Shown here: one piece after another, positions 9,563-18,061 of the stretch
Layout: each line of letters begins with the position of its first letter
How positions within the stretch are numbered: the first letter of the stretch is position 1
Source: a virus
Taxonomy: Duplodnaviria; Caudoviricetes
Virus record (IMG/VR): IMGVR_UViG_3300032237_000716
Span: 1 to 42,564 of that record
Strand: one strand, 5' to 3'
DNA: 42,564 nt
The notes under the pieces: model-generated
Told to the model about the DNA's origin: nothing
Databases searched by the model: none
Seen by the model: only the letters and a program-made list of their open reading frames with translations
Position numbers and translations under genes: made by a program

Positions 9563-10160
9563 CTGTCTTCTCCAGCATGTCCCGGATCGCCGCGGCGGCC
9601 GGATCGCCCGCAGGGGCGGTGGCCGGCGGGGGCGCTGAGGCGATGCCGCGCAGGTACTCAGGCTTCAGGGCCTGCCAGCCGTGCTCGATGCCGGCATCCA
9701 CCAGGGCGCGGGCGTTCCAGTGCATGCCCTGTTGGCACAGGGTGCCAACCCGATTGGCGGACAGGGTGAAGGCAGCCTGGGTCCAAGTGGCCGCGCGGCG
9801 GTGCTTGCCCCAGCGGCTTTCATTCCACCACTTGAGCAGGCCAGCCATCAGCTCTGGAGGCAGGCCCAACCTCTCCAGCCAGGGCTCGTCACCAGCGATC
9901 GGATGCAACCGATCCGGGGCGGGGCCGGCGGCCCGCCTCCGGGGTGCGGCCGGTGCTGGCAGGGCCGGCTTCGGATCGGGCACGGCGGCCAGGGGGACCG
10001 GCTGCCAGGCGCCATCCTGGAAAGCCTCGATCCGCTGGATGGTGGTGAACGCTTTGCCGCACCCGCGGCAGGCATGGCGGCGGCGGATGGCGTTCTCTCC
10101 CTGGGAATCGCGGGTTTCGAGCACCCGATTGTGAGGATGGCCGCAGTGGGGGCAGTTCAT
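9552..10160 (-). CDS. NrdR-type Zn-ribbon protein fused to a phage replication-initiator-like C-terminal domain
   Basis: MNCPHCGH..RVLETRDS...IRRRHACRGCGKAFTT is an NrdR N-terminus; then a Pro/Ala linker; then WW..R....WT..A...LVDAGIEHGWQAL. Confidence 0.6.
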   Translation of the reverse strand: MNCPHCGHPHNRVLETRDSQGENAIRRRHACRGCGKAFTTIQRIEAFQDGAWQPVPLAAVPDPKPALPAPAAPRRRAAGPAPDRLHPIAGDEPWLERLGLPPELMAGLLKWWNESRWGKHRRAATWTQAAFTLSANRVGTLCQQGMHWNARALVDAGIEHGWQALKPEYLRGIASAPPPATAPAGDPAAAAIRDMLEKTDAA

Positions 10161-11221
10161 CAGACCTTGCTCCAGTCGATCGTGATGGCCGGGTGGAGGG
10201 TGCCGGTTATCAAGGCATCGACGACATCGCTGCGGTTCAAGCATCCGATTACCACACTCAGCCACCGACGCATCCGGCGCTTGGCTTCGTAGCCGCTTTC
10301 CGCGGTCGATGTATCGATCGCAGCGACTTGGGCGAGCGGCGCTGGCATGGTCGCGGGCGGTTGCGGCGCCTCCGCCGGAGTGATCGCCAGCAGGGCCTCC
10401 CCCTCCAGCAGGGCGACCACCGCCTCGGAGTCGGCGGCCCTGGCCTCCGCCGCTGCGGCCCTGGCCTTGGCTTCAGCCACCTTCTGCTCGGCCTCCTGGA
10501 TCGACAGCAGCGCGACAGCATCGGCCTCCTCCTGCGCCTTGCGAGCCGCTTCGGCGATGGCTTCCTGCTGTGCCTTGATGCGTGCGTCCTCGGCTTCCTT
10601 CCCCTGCTGGATCCGCTGCTGCTCGCGCAGCTGAGCCAACTCGGCGGCAGCGGCATCGTTGGCCAGGGCCTTGGCGTGGGCGGCTTCAAGGGTGCGGATC
10701 GTCTCCAGCAGGGCAGCGGCAGCCTCGTCCTTGAACTCCTCCAGTCCGTCGATGTTGACGGCATTGGCGTATCTGAGCTGAATGGCCAGGGACTCGGCGC
10801 TGGCGCCAAACGGCACCCGGCCATTTTTCGTGATGGTCTGGATCACTTCCCGATGCCCCGCCACCCGATCGGCCTCGGCATTGGTGATGGCATCGAGCGC
10901 ATCCTGGTGCGGCTTGATCAGCGCCTCTACCTGGTCCTTGAGCTCACTGGCCTGCTCATCGACCTTGCGGCCGTAGGCCAATGCGTAGGACTTGGCATCG
11001 GTGCGAGCCAATTCAATCCGGCTCTTGAGCTTGCGCTGGGCAAACACATAGGACCGGGCTTCCTTGTTGCCGGCCTTGGTGCTGTAGTCAAAGACTGCCT
11101 CGGCAGCCTTCTCCTTGGCCTCCTTGATGTCGCTCAGCAGCACATCAAGCTGGCTGATGACGATGGCCTTGGGCGCCGTGGCCAAGGCCTCGGCTTCGGG
11201 GGGTTGTGCGGTGGTGGTCAT
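10160..11221 (-). CDS. Coiled-coil phage protein of unknown function
   Basis: ATG at 11221; A/E/K-rich helices; FDYSTKAGNKEARS resembles a protein family of temperate phages. Confidence 0.7.
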   Translation of the reverse strand: MTTTAQPPEAEALATAPKAIVISQLDVLLSDIKEAKEKAAEAVFDYSTKAGNKEARSYVFAQRKLKSRIELARTDAKSYALAYGRKVDEQASELKDQVEALIKPHQDALDAITNAEADRVAGHREVIQTITKNGRVPFGASAESLAIQLRYANAVNIDGLEEFKDEAAAALLETIRTLEAAHAKALANDAAAAELAQLREQQRIQQGKEAEDARIKAQQEAIAEAARKAQEEADAVALLSIQEAEQKVAEAKARAAAAEARAADSEAVVALLEGEALLAITPAEAPQPPATMPAPLAQVAAIDTSTAESGYEAKRRMRRWLSVVIGCLNRSDVVDALITGTLHPAITIDWSKV

Positions 11222-11685
11222 TTCGGTTGGTTGAGAACGTGATGGGCGTAGACGGCAACGGCAAGCGCTGCCCACATATCCTTTTTGATTCCGTAAGTCG
11301 GGCCGGGATTCTTCTTGACACCGGCGGGGCCCAGCAGATCAATCAATGCCTGGCGAACATTGGAATCCCTGGCCCGGTTACTGCCGCATAGATGCAGCTT
11401 GATGTCCTTGCGGAAGTAGCGGGCCATCAGGTCCGCGTGGACATAGGCCTCCTCGAAGCGACCGATCCAAGTGCAGGTCTCGAAAACGTCGGCTCCCACG
11501 GGCATCCCGTAGGAGGCAATCATTTCGATTGCTACATGGGGGAAAGGGTAATCCGTGTTGCCACGTCTTAGGGTGCGGACTATCTCCTTGTTGTCCTGAA
11601 TTTCGGCAGCAATGATCCTGCGCTCAGGACTCAGCCATACGACCCCGGACATCTCGGGACCGGGGTCGATGGCCATGATGTTCAT
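11218..11685 (-). CDS. RuvC-like Holliday junction resolvase
   Basis: IMAIDPG, VAIEM, IGRF, IKLHLCG and DMWAALAVA motifs (RNase H fold). Confidence 0.8.
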   Translation of the reverse strand: MNIMAIDPGPEMSGVVWLSPERRIIAAEIQDNKEIVRTLRRGNTDYPFPHVAIEMIASYGMPVGADVFETCTWIGRFEEAYVHADLMARYFRKDIKLHLCGSNRARDSNVRQALIDLLGPAGVKKNPGPTYGIKKDMWAALAVAVYAHHVLNQPK

Positions 11686-12011
11686 GCGCCGTCCTCCAGG
11701 TTGTCGAAGAAGGTGCCTTGATGGTGCTGGGCAAAGCCCTCCAGCTCCTCGGTGAACTTGCGGGAATAGGCCACCTTTGCCTTGATGGATGTCCGGCTGG
11801 CCTGCCGGTCGAAGGTCAGCGACAAGCCCATGGTGAAGCGGCCCGCAATGCTGGTTTTCCCAGCCTCAACCAGGTGCTCCTTGAGCAGGTAGTTCGCCAG
11901 CTCCTGCGCCTTGGTCAGCTCCTTCTGTTCGAGGGCCAGCTGATCAAAGGCTGCCGTGCAATCAACACCGTTGATTTCGACGGTTGTTCCGCCCACGGAT
12001 TGCTTAGGCAT
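11682..12011 (-). CDS. Hypothetical protein
   Basis: ATG at 12011 (MPKQSVGG) with GAGGGGG upstream; stop overlaps the next start. Confidence 0.65.
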   Translation of the reverse strand: MPKQSVGGTTVEINGVDCTAAFDQLALEQKELTKAQELANYLLKEHLVEAGKTSIAGRFTMGLSLTFDRQASRTSIKAKVAYSRKFTEELEGFAQHHQGTFFDNLEDGA

Positions 12012-12213
12012 TGGCTCCCCCCTCGCGACGCTTGATTGCATCGACCTCCTTCCGCACTTGGCCGCGGCAGAAGCTGTAGAGCTCATCGCTGGTCGAATGT
12101 GTCTGCTCGGCGGGCACCACCGCTTGCGCCGAACATGAGATATCCACGTTTTCGTAGTTGCCTAGGTTCACCTTGGCGGAGAATGAACGCGTGATCTTGA
12201 TTTCTTGGCTCAC
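12004..12213 (-). CDS. Small conserved-type phage hypothetical protein
   Basis: KVNLGNYENVDIS motif; GTG start overlaps the ssb stop. Confidence 0.65.
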   Translation of the reverse strand: MSQEIKITRSFSAKVNLGNYENVDISCSAQAVVPAEQTHSTSDELYSFCRGQVRKEVDAIKRREGGANA

Positions 12214-12860
12214 CAGGGCACCTCTTCAGTGCTGGCGGGGCCTTGAGCAGCATCGAATCCGAACGGATCCGCAGCAGCAGCAGGGGCCAGGGCGGTGGCG
12301 TCCACTCCCTCCTCGGGCGGGCCAAAAATGTTCGGATCGCAGGCCTGCATGGTGTAGGGAACGTGCTGAAGCACGCGAACCATTTGCAGCTGCGCCGTCA
12401 GTCCTTTGCCGCCATCGGGGTTGTCCCAGAGGTAAAGGGAATAAGCAATCCTGCAGACAGAACCGTTGCCGATTGCTACATCAACTGGCCACGGGTTTCC
12501 TTTGGAGTCCGTAACCAAGGGTGCGGGGAGCTCGGTGCCACGGGCGGTTTTCGTATCACGGCTGAAAGTGATCCTGACCAGACCGGTAGGGGTTTCAATG
12601 CCTTCACTGTTGACGGTTGTTTCGCGCTTCCACGGCTTTCCGTTTTGGCCGTACTTGGCGTTGCCGCCGAAGTGGTCCATGAACGCTTTGTGCAGGGAGC
12701 CAATAAACAGCTTTGATCCAGGGTCCTGTTCGGGGTCAGCTTGAAGCAGCACAATTCCGTACTGCATTTTTTCGCCCTTCTTGTTCTTGACAAGTTTGGG
12801 CTTGAGAACGTTTGCAAACAAGACCTCGCCGGCCGGGGCGACCAGCGTTTCGGATGCCAT
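12210..12860 (-). CDS. ssb: Single-stranded DNA-binding protein (T7 gp2.5-like)
   Basis: PAGEVLFANV, IGNGSVCRI, KGLTAQLQMVRVL motifs; acidic tail ending in an aromatic residue (EEVPW). Confidence 0.88.
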   Translation of the reverse strand: MASETLVAPAGEVLFANVLKPKLVKNKKGEKMQYGIVLLQADPEQDPGSKLFIGSLHKAFMDHFGGNAKYGQNGKPWKRETTVNSEGIETPTGLVRITFSRDTKTARGTELPAPLVTDSKGNPWPVDVAIGNGSVCRIAYSLYLWDNPDGGKGLTAQLQMVRVLQHVPYTMQACDPNIFGPPEEGVDATALAPAAAADPFGFDAAQGPASTEEVPW

Positions 12861-12920
12861 GCTCTGCAGGGGTGTAGGACTCCCGGATACTAGGGCATCC
12901 ACTAGCGCTGCCGCTAGTGC

Positions 12921-15329
12921 CTAGCTGAACAGATACAGGTTGCCGCCGATCTCTTCGATCTCCAGCGCCCCACGCGGTGGAGGCGGCGGCAGCGCCTTAA
13001 GACCTGCGCTGCAGCGGATCTCCTCGGCGATTGCCTCCAGCCAGTCGGTGGCATAGAGGGCCCGGAACTCGTCGAGCAAAGTCTTCTGCAGCCAGCTGGC
13101 ATTGGCCGGATCGGTGGCGAAACAGTCGTGGTTGGTCAGCAGCGGCGCCCTCTGCGCTCCAGCCCTGTAGGCCACGGCGTGCACCATGGCCGCATCGAAG
13201 CTATGCACCAGGTTGGCGGTGATGCTGGCGTTGGTCTTCCTGGCTGAGAGCTCCCCGTCCGGCGGGTCTTCCTCGAAGGTCACGGCTGCGAGCTTGCCGA
13301 GGAGGTGAGTGCGGATCACGCTTTTGCTGGGCGTCGGCCGCCCCACCTGCATTGGCCACCCCATTGGCGTGGTCCACCGGATCTGCTGCTGGTGGCGGCC
13401 GACCACCTGGCGGCCCACATCGCAGAGCCAGCGGCGGAGCTGCATCAGGGAAGATGTTTCGGCGGCGAGCACCATCCGCAGCCTCGATTCCAGATAGCTG
13501 CTGGGCCGGTAGATCCGGCCCGCCCAATCATCGACGGGGCCCAGCCGCTGCTGCAGCTGATCCCTGATGCCATCGGCCACGGTCCGGGAGGTGGAGCCGA
13601 ACGGCGTGTGCATCACGGCGGCCTTCACCCAGCTGCGATCGATGCCGAGATTCAGCCAGCTGGCGGCCAGCTGGTGGGTCTCGGCATCCCCGCAATTCAG
13701 ATCGATCTCCAGCCGTTGCCGCAGGCGCTCCACCACGGCGGAATAGAGATCGTTCGGCCCGGTGCCGCAGACATTGCAGAGCTCGGCCATCGCTCGATCC
13801 CGGAGCAGGGTGGCAATGATCCCGGCGCCGGAGCAGGTCTGGTCCAACCGGATGGGCACCCGGAGCCCTTCCTCTGGATTCGACCAGGCCCGTGCCAGCT
13901 GCAGGAACTGCCACGGCTGCTTGGCCCTGCGCCACAGGTCGGCCTTGCCGATGGGGTCCGCGGCAATGGCCTCGAGCCGCCCCAATTCCTCCATGCCCCA
14001 GCTCCATCGAGCTCCCCAGCTGCTGCGCGTCAGGCCCCAGTGCCCCGCCGCTGCCGTCAAGATCCAGTGCTCTTCGCGCAAGCCACATCCCCCAGCGCCA
14101 AACCGCAGCAGCGCCTTCTGGTGATCGGGGCCCTGGTGCGTGAGTCCACGGTTTGCGGTGAACGCCCGGCCCCGGAAGTCGAGGAAATGGGCCTGATAGA
14201 TCGGCCGGCCCACCAGCGCCTCGGCTGTCTGCAGAGCCCGCTCGATCGCCAGCCGCCTGCAGCTGTTTTCTCGCAAGTCCTGGTGGTGCCGGGCCTGGTT
14301 GCGCCGCCAGGCATCCTGCACATCCGGAGGCTCGCTGGTGGGGAACTGCCCCGCATCGGGAACGGGGTCCCTCTCAACCGGGAACAGGCCGGGGATCCCC
14401 CGGTCCCAGGCCTCCCGCTGCACCCGCAGCATCCACGGGTCCAGTTCCAGCTGCTGCCGCTGGAGGATGTTGACGGCGGCCAGCTGCGGACCGATCCGGC
14501 CCGACAGGTAGCCGATAGCCGCGTGGTCCCGCGCCGCCCGGATCTGCACCACCGGGGAGGTGTTGGCCAGGTGGCCCCCTCCCACCAGCCCTTCCCAGGG
14601 GATCGGCTCGATCACCATCGGCCCCCGGTTCGGCCGAAGACTGCGGGGAGGATGGCGCCGGATGAAGTCCAGGGCCTTGGGTGAGGGCAGCACCCGCCAC
14701 TGGGCGCGCCGGTTGGGCTGGTCGCTCTTGTCGAGGAGCACCAGCCCGGTCTTGCCGCGCACCACCTCGAGCAGCAGCAGTCCCACGGTCGCCCGCTCCT
14801 GCCGCGTCCAGATTGGGTTGGATCCCTCGATGGGCCGGGCGGCCGCCTTCATCACCGCCTTGCGCTTCTCCGCCGTGGTGCCCTGAAGCAATCGCTCCAG
14901 GCTGGCGGGGGCTCGCTTCTCGATCTCGCCGGCCTTCACTTCGGCATCCACGGCCAGGCCGATGGCCAGGGCCAGCCCCTGGAAGCTGACGGCATGGGAA
15001 AGGCGATCCAGGATCGTGACCAGGGCCACCGCCGCGATGCGCTGCGGACTGCCCAGGGCGGCCACCAGCGGCAGGGCCCCATACCCAGGGCCGCCCAGCT
15101 GGGGGTTATCGCCCCAGCGGTAGAGGATCGCCTCGATCTCCCGGGCCACGGGATCGGCGAACTGCTGAAACAGGGCGGTTCCGTATTCGGTACAGGACTC
15201 CCGGCGATACCGGCGGAGCACCTGCCGCATCACTTGGGCCCGCTGCTGCGCGTTGGTGGCCTCCTGCCATTCCAGTCCCTGCTGGAGGTCCCTGTCCACC
15301 TTGGTGGATTTGCTGCTTGCCGGATTCAT
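12921..15329 (-). CDS. Single-subunit T7-type DNA-directed RNA polymerase, with Phe at the motif B Tyr position
   Basis: 802 aa; DFRGR, motif A DQTCSG, motif B RSWVKAAVMHTPFGS, ANLVHSFD, motif C HDCF. Confidence 0.96.
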   Translation of the reverse strand: MNPASSKSTKVDRDLQQGLEWQEATNAQQRAQVMRQVLRRYRRESCTEYGTALFQQFADPVAREIEAILYRWGDNPQLGGPGYGALPLVAALGSPQRIAAVALVTILDRLSHAVSFQGLALAIGLAVDAEVKAGEIEKRAPASLERLLQGTTAEKRKAVMKAAARPIEGSNPIWTRQERATVGLLLLEVVRGKTGLVLLDKSDQPNRRAQWRVLPSPKALDFIRRHPPRSLRPNRGPMVIEPIPWEGLVGGGHLANTSPVVQIRAARDHAAIGYLSGRIGPQLAAVNILQRQQLELDPWMLRVQREAWDRGIPGLFPVERDPVPDAGQFPTSEPPDVQDAWRRNQARHHQDLRENSCRRLAIERALQTAEALVGRPIYQAHFLDFRGRAFTANRGLTHQGPDHQKALLRFGAGGCGLREEHWILTAAAGHWGLTRSSWGARWSWGMEELGRLEAIAADPIGKADLWRRAKQPWQFLQLARAWSNPEEGLRVPIRLDQTCSGAGIIATLLRDRAMAELCNVCGTGPNDLYSAVVERLRQRLEIDLNCGDAETHQLAASWLNLGIDRSWVKAAVMHTPFGSTSRTVADGIRDQLQQRLGPVDDWAGRIYRPSSYLESRLRMVLAAETSSLMQLRRWLCDVGRQVVGRHQQQIRWTTPMGWPMQVGRPTPSKSVIRTHLLGKLAAVTFEEDPPDGELSARKTNASITANLVHSFDAAMVHAVAYRAGAQRAPLLTNHDCFATDPANASWLQKTLLDEFRALYATDWLEAIAEEIRCSAGLKALPPPPPRGALEIEEIGGNLYLFS

Positions 15330-15439
15330 GCTGCGGCAACAGGGCCGATCGGCAGAAAATCCACCGGGACCCTGTAGAGGTGAGTCCCCCTATCCTCGCC
15401 CCAGTCGTGGCAACTGTTCTGCAGGGTCGTAAAGGTGGG

Positions 15440-15484
15440 CAGCGGTTTTTAAGTCCGCTGCGTATACCATTCCGCCATGCCCCC
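15440..15484 (-). mobile_element. attP core: 5' half of tRNA-Leu(UAA)
   Basis: GGGGGCATGGCGGAATGGTATACGCAGCGGACTTAAAA gives the 5' acceptor strand, D arm and TAA anticodon loop; no T arm follows; about 300 bp downstream of int. Confidence 0.85.
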
Positions 15485-15513
15485 GGTCAGTCCTAGCCTG
15501 GGTTCTCGGGCTT

Positions 15514-15573
15514 TTGCTTGCTGCTTCTGCTGCTTGGGAAGGCAGCAATTCGGCAGCAAAAAACGGCAGCCAG
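15514..15573. repeat. Putative integrase arm-type sites (GGCAGCAA direct repeats and inverted TGCTGC copies)
   Basis: GGCAGCAA at 15541 and 15552, GGCAGCCA at 15565; TGCTGCTT copies just before them and at about 15312. Confidence 0.45.
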
Positions 15574-15790
15574 AGAACGGGTGGACGCATCCACACTACG
15601 GCCTCAGCCCAGCAGCGACAGCTGACCTGGGGCCTCCTGTGGCACAGCCGGCCTCCAGCTCGGCGGGCGGCGGAAGCGATACAAGCCATGCGTCCGGCCT
15701 CGTTTGGAATGTCGAAGGGGTCGAGTTCGTATGCGCTTTGGGTAAGCGCTACCAGCACTGCCTGCGCGGCGGGGGAGAGGGGAGGCTTCA

Positions 15791-16798
15791 TCACCCTGCC
15801 TCCAGCGCTTCCACGCATGCCGAGAGGGCATCGGTGGAGAGGTGTAGGTAGCGCTTCACGGCAGCCAGGGAGCTCCAGCCCCCGAAGGTCATTAGCTGCA
15901 CCAGGCTGATCCCCTTGCTGGCCAGCTTCGAAGCACAGGTGTGTCGGGTGGTATGGATCGTGAGGGTTTGGTCGTGCGCGAGGCCGATGTGCTCCTTGGC
16001 TCGATCGAACAGGCGCCGATAGCGGTCGTAGCTGTAGGGGAACACTCGGGCGTTCGGCACCGGCACGCCGCAGGCCATCACCGCATCGAGGGCCCGGGCG
16101 GTCAGCGGCACCGTGCGGGCCTGGCCGTTCTTGGTCTTCCAGAAGGTGGCGCGGCCTCGATCCAGGTCCAGGTCCCCCCAGCGCAGCCGCTCCACCTCTC
16201 CCCAGCGGGTGCAGGTTTCCAGCAGAAACACCAGCACCAGGGCCGCGGCGGGCTCCTCGATCGCCTGGAAGTATTCACACAGCCCGTCCCGCTCGGAATC
16301 GGACATCACGCGGTCCTTCTCGCCGCCGGGCTTCAGCTGCTTGGGCATGGCCGGCCGGGTGGTGATGCGGCCGTGCAGCTGGGCATCGCTGAACATCGCC
16401 TTGAGGGCGGAGAGCTTCCGGTTGATGGTGGCCGGCCGGTTGCCCTGGCTTCGCAGCTTGGCGCGCCACTGCTCCACCGCCGGGGCGTTGATCGATTCGA
16501 GCGGTGTTGAGGGCCCGAAGAACTCCACCGCCGCAGCGCTGTAGATGGCAGCCGTTCGCTCGTAGGCCATGCCAGCCCAGCGCACCTGTAGCGATAGCTG
16601 CCGGGCTTGGGCAATGGTGAAACCCCGGGCGTTCACCACTGGCTCGGCCATCAGATGGTCCCTCAACTCGCGGCGCTTCTTCTCGGCCTCAGCCTTGGTG
16701 CGGCCGCTGGCTTGCCGGCGCTTGCCGTCGATCGTGACGTCAGCAATCCAGCGGGTCTGGCCGCTGGCATCAATTCGTTTTCGGACTGCTCCGGTCAT
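15791..16798 (-). CDS. int: Tyrosine integrase
   Basis: N-terminal arm-binding-like domain; catalytic R (TCTRWGE), K (KTKNG), HTTRH, GW and Y (KRYLH) are all present. Confidence 0.95.
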   Translation of the reverse strand: MTGAVRKRIDASGQTRWIADVTIDGKRRQASGRTKAEAEKKRRELRDHLMAEPVVNARGFTIAQARQLSLQVRWAGMAYERTAAIYSAAAVEFFGPSTPLESINAPAVEQWRAKLRSQGNRPATINRKLSALKAMFSDAQLHGRITTRPAMPKQLKPGGEKDRVMSDSERDGLCEYFQAIEEPAAALVLVFLLETCTRWGEVERLRWGDLDLDRGRATFWKTKNGQARTVPLTARALDAVMACGVPVPNARVFPYSYDRYRRLFDRAKEHIGLAHDQTLTIHTTRHTCASKLASKGISLVQLMTFGGWSSLAAVKRYLHLSTDALSACVEALEAG

Positions 16799-16819
16799 GG
16801 CGTGGTGTGGGAAGGTGGT

Positions 16820-17137
16820 TCAAAGGCTTTTGATCTGGCGGAGGAGGGCCCGTCCCCGGGTTGACAGGGAAACCAGGAAGCGCCGCCGCTCCTCGGGGTC
16901 CTTTTCGACCTTGAGCAGGCGAAGCCCTTCTCGCCCGGTCCTGTGGACATCAGATAGCGCATTTACCGTCCGAGATACAGAGGCATTCGATAGTCCTAGT
17001 TGCCGCTCAATTTCGTCGTAAAGACATGGCTCTGACTGCGCAGCTACTAAAAAGACCTGTACGTGGTGGAGGGGGAGCGCGGTGGGCTCCAGAACTGAGA
17101 AAGCGGCCAGAGCGGCAGCAAGTCGATCCAAATCCAT
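16820..17137 (-). CDS. MarR-family winged-helix regulator (candidate repressor)
   Basis: LGLSNASVSRTVNAL helix-turn-helix and KDPEERRRFLVSLSTRG wing. Confidence 0.88.
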   Translation of the reverse strand: MDLDRLAAALAAFSVLEPTALPLHHVQVFLVAAQSEPCLYDEIERQLGLSNASVSRTVNALSDVHRTGREGLRLLKVEKDPEERRRFLVSLSTRGRALLRQIKSL

Positions 17138-17316
17138 GGGCTAGTGGGGACACTAGAGTGAACACTAGTGCACCCCTGTAGCCCGATCCTGGAACCGTTA
17201 CGGGAACGCAGCAGCCACGCTGCAAAGTGAAAAGGGCCCTTACGGGTGGGGGCTTCGATTGAAAGAATCAGGATCCTGGTTTCCATGTTTATGCCTGTTT
17301 TGCATGGGTGCATTTA

Positions 17317-17673
17317 TTATTCCCCCCCCCCCCTTAGGAGATCTTCAGCTTCCGGGGTCAGGGTCAGGAGGTAGCCGCGCCGGTGCGGGTGGCGCCTTGT
17401 TTTGATCAGCTGGAACGGCGCCGGCACCCATCTGCCTGCCGCCATCCGATCCCGGCCCCGCAGGGCCGAAAGGATCCGGTTGGTGCTGGCCACGGCCTGG
17501 GGGCGCCCCGGCTGGCCCATGGCCACCCCCAGGTCCGTGGTGTTGTCCACTCCGGCGGCGACCCATAGCAACGCCTCCACGGTGGCGATCGTGACGCGAC
17601 CGCACCCGGCGGTCTCAATGGCGGACATCCTCAGCCGATGCAGGATTTCGGCCTGTTGCTGGTGGTGATTCAT
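17317..17673 (-). CDS. Second, divergent MarR-like winged-helix protein
   Basis: VEALLWVA...ASTNRILSAL...RRHPHRRGYLLTLTPEA; ATG at 17673. Confidence 0.65.
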   Translation of the reverse strand: MNHHQQQAEILHRLRMSAIETAGCGRVTIATVEALLWVAAGVDNTTDLGVAMGQPGRPQAVASTNRILSALRGRDRMAAGRWVPAPFQLIKTRRHPHRRGYLLTLTPEAEDLLRGGGE

Positions 17674-17858
17674 GCCCCCGGGTTCCGTTCGTTGCGGAAG
17701 ACCACGACGTGATACCGGACGGGCGGCCGGCGACTGGGCCGTAACCGGCCTCGAATCTTCCGGCGTTTCTGTCGCTGCTGGTGCTGGAAGGCCAGCAGCA
17801 GCACGGGGACCAGGGTGAAGGCCGCGGCGATGGCCACGGCTGCAGCGGTGGAGTTCAT
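17670..17858 (-). CDS. Small membrane-anchored protein
   Basis: Hydrophobic N-terminus and basic C-terminus; coupled to neighbours. Confidence 0.55.
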   Translation of the reverse strand: MNSTAAAVAIAAAFTLVPVLLLAFQHQQRQKRRKIRGRLRPSRRPPVRYHVVVFRNERNPGA

Positions 17859-18061
17859 CGGTCGACCTCGATGCCGTAAACGATGCTGTAAAGGGCAACA
17901 AGGGCCCCCTGCTCCAGATCCAGCCGCTCCTGGGTGCGGAACCAATCATCGTTACCAGGGGGCAGCAACCGCACCTGCTTGGCTAATAGTTCCTTGAGGG
18001 CCTGGACCTGTGGCGCGAGTGCCGCGGCGGCCACTCGTGCCTGCGCTCGATTGAGGCTCAT
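17855..18061 (-). CDS. Hypothetical protein
   Basis: ATG at 18061 (MSLNRAQARV) with 4-nt overlaps on both sides. Confidence 0.6.
   Translation of the reverse strand: MSLNRAQARVAAAALAPQVQALKELLAKQVRLLPPGNDDWFRTQERLDLEQGALVALYSIVYGIEVDR

Noticed and set aside
15440-15484. Functional tRNA gene
   Set aside because: Only the 5' half is present; there is no variable arm, T arm or 3' acceptor strand
17047-17313. 88-aa ORF upstream of the MarR repressor
   Set aside because: It overlaps the MarR gene and runs through operator-like palindromes; coding status cannot be supported, though a short peptide from 17286 is not excluded
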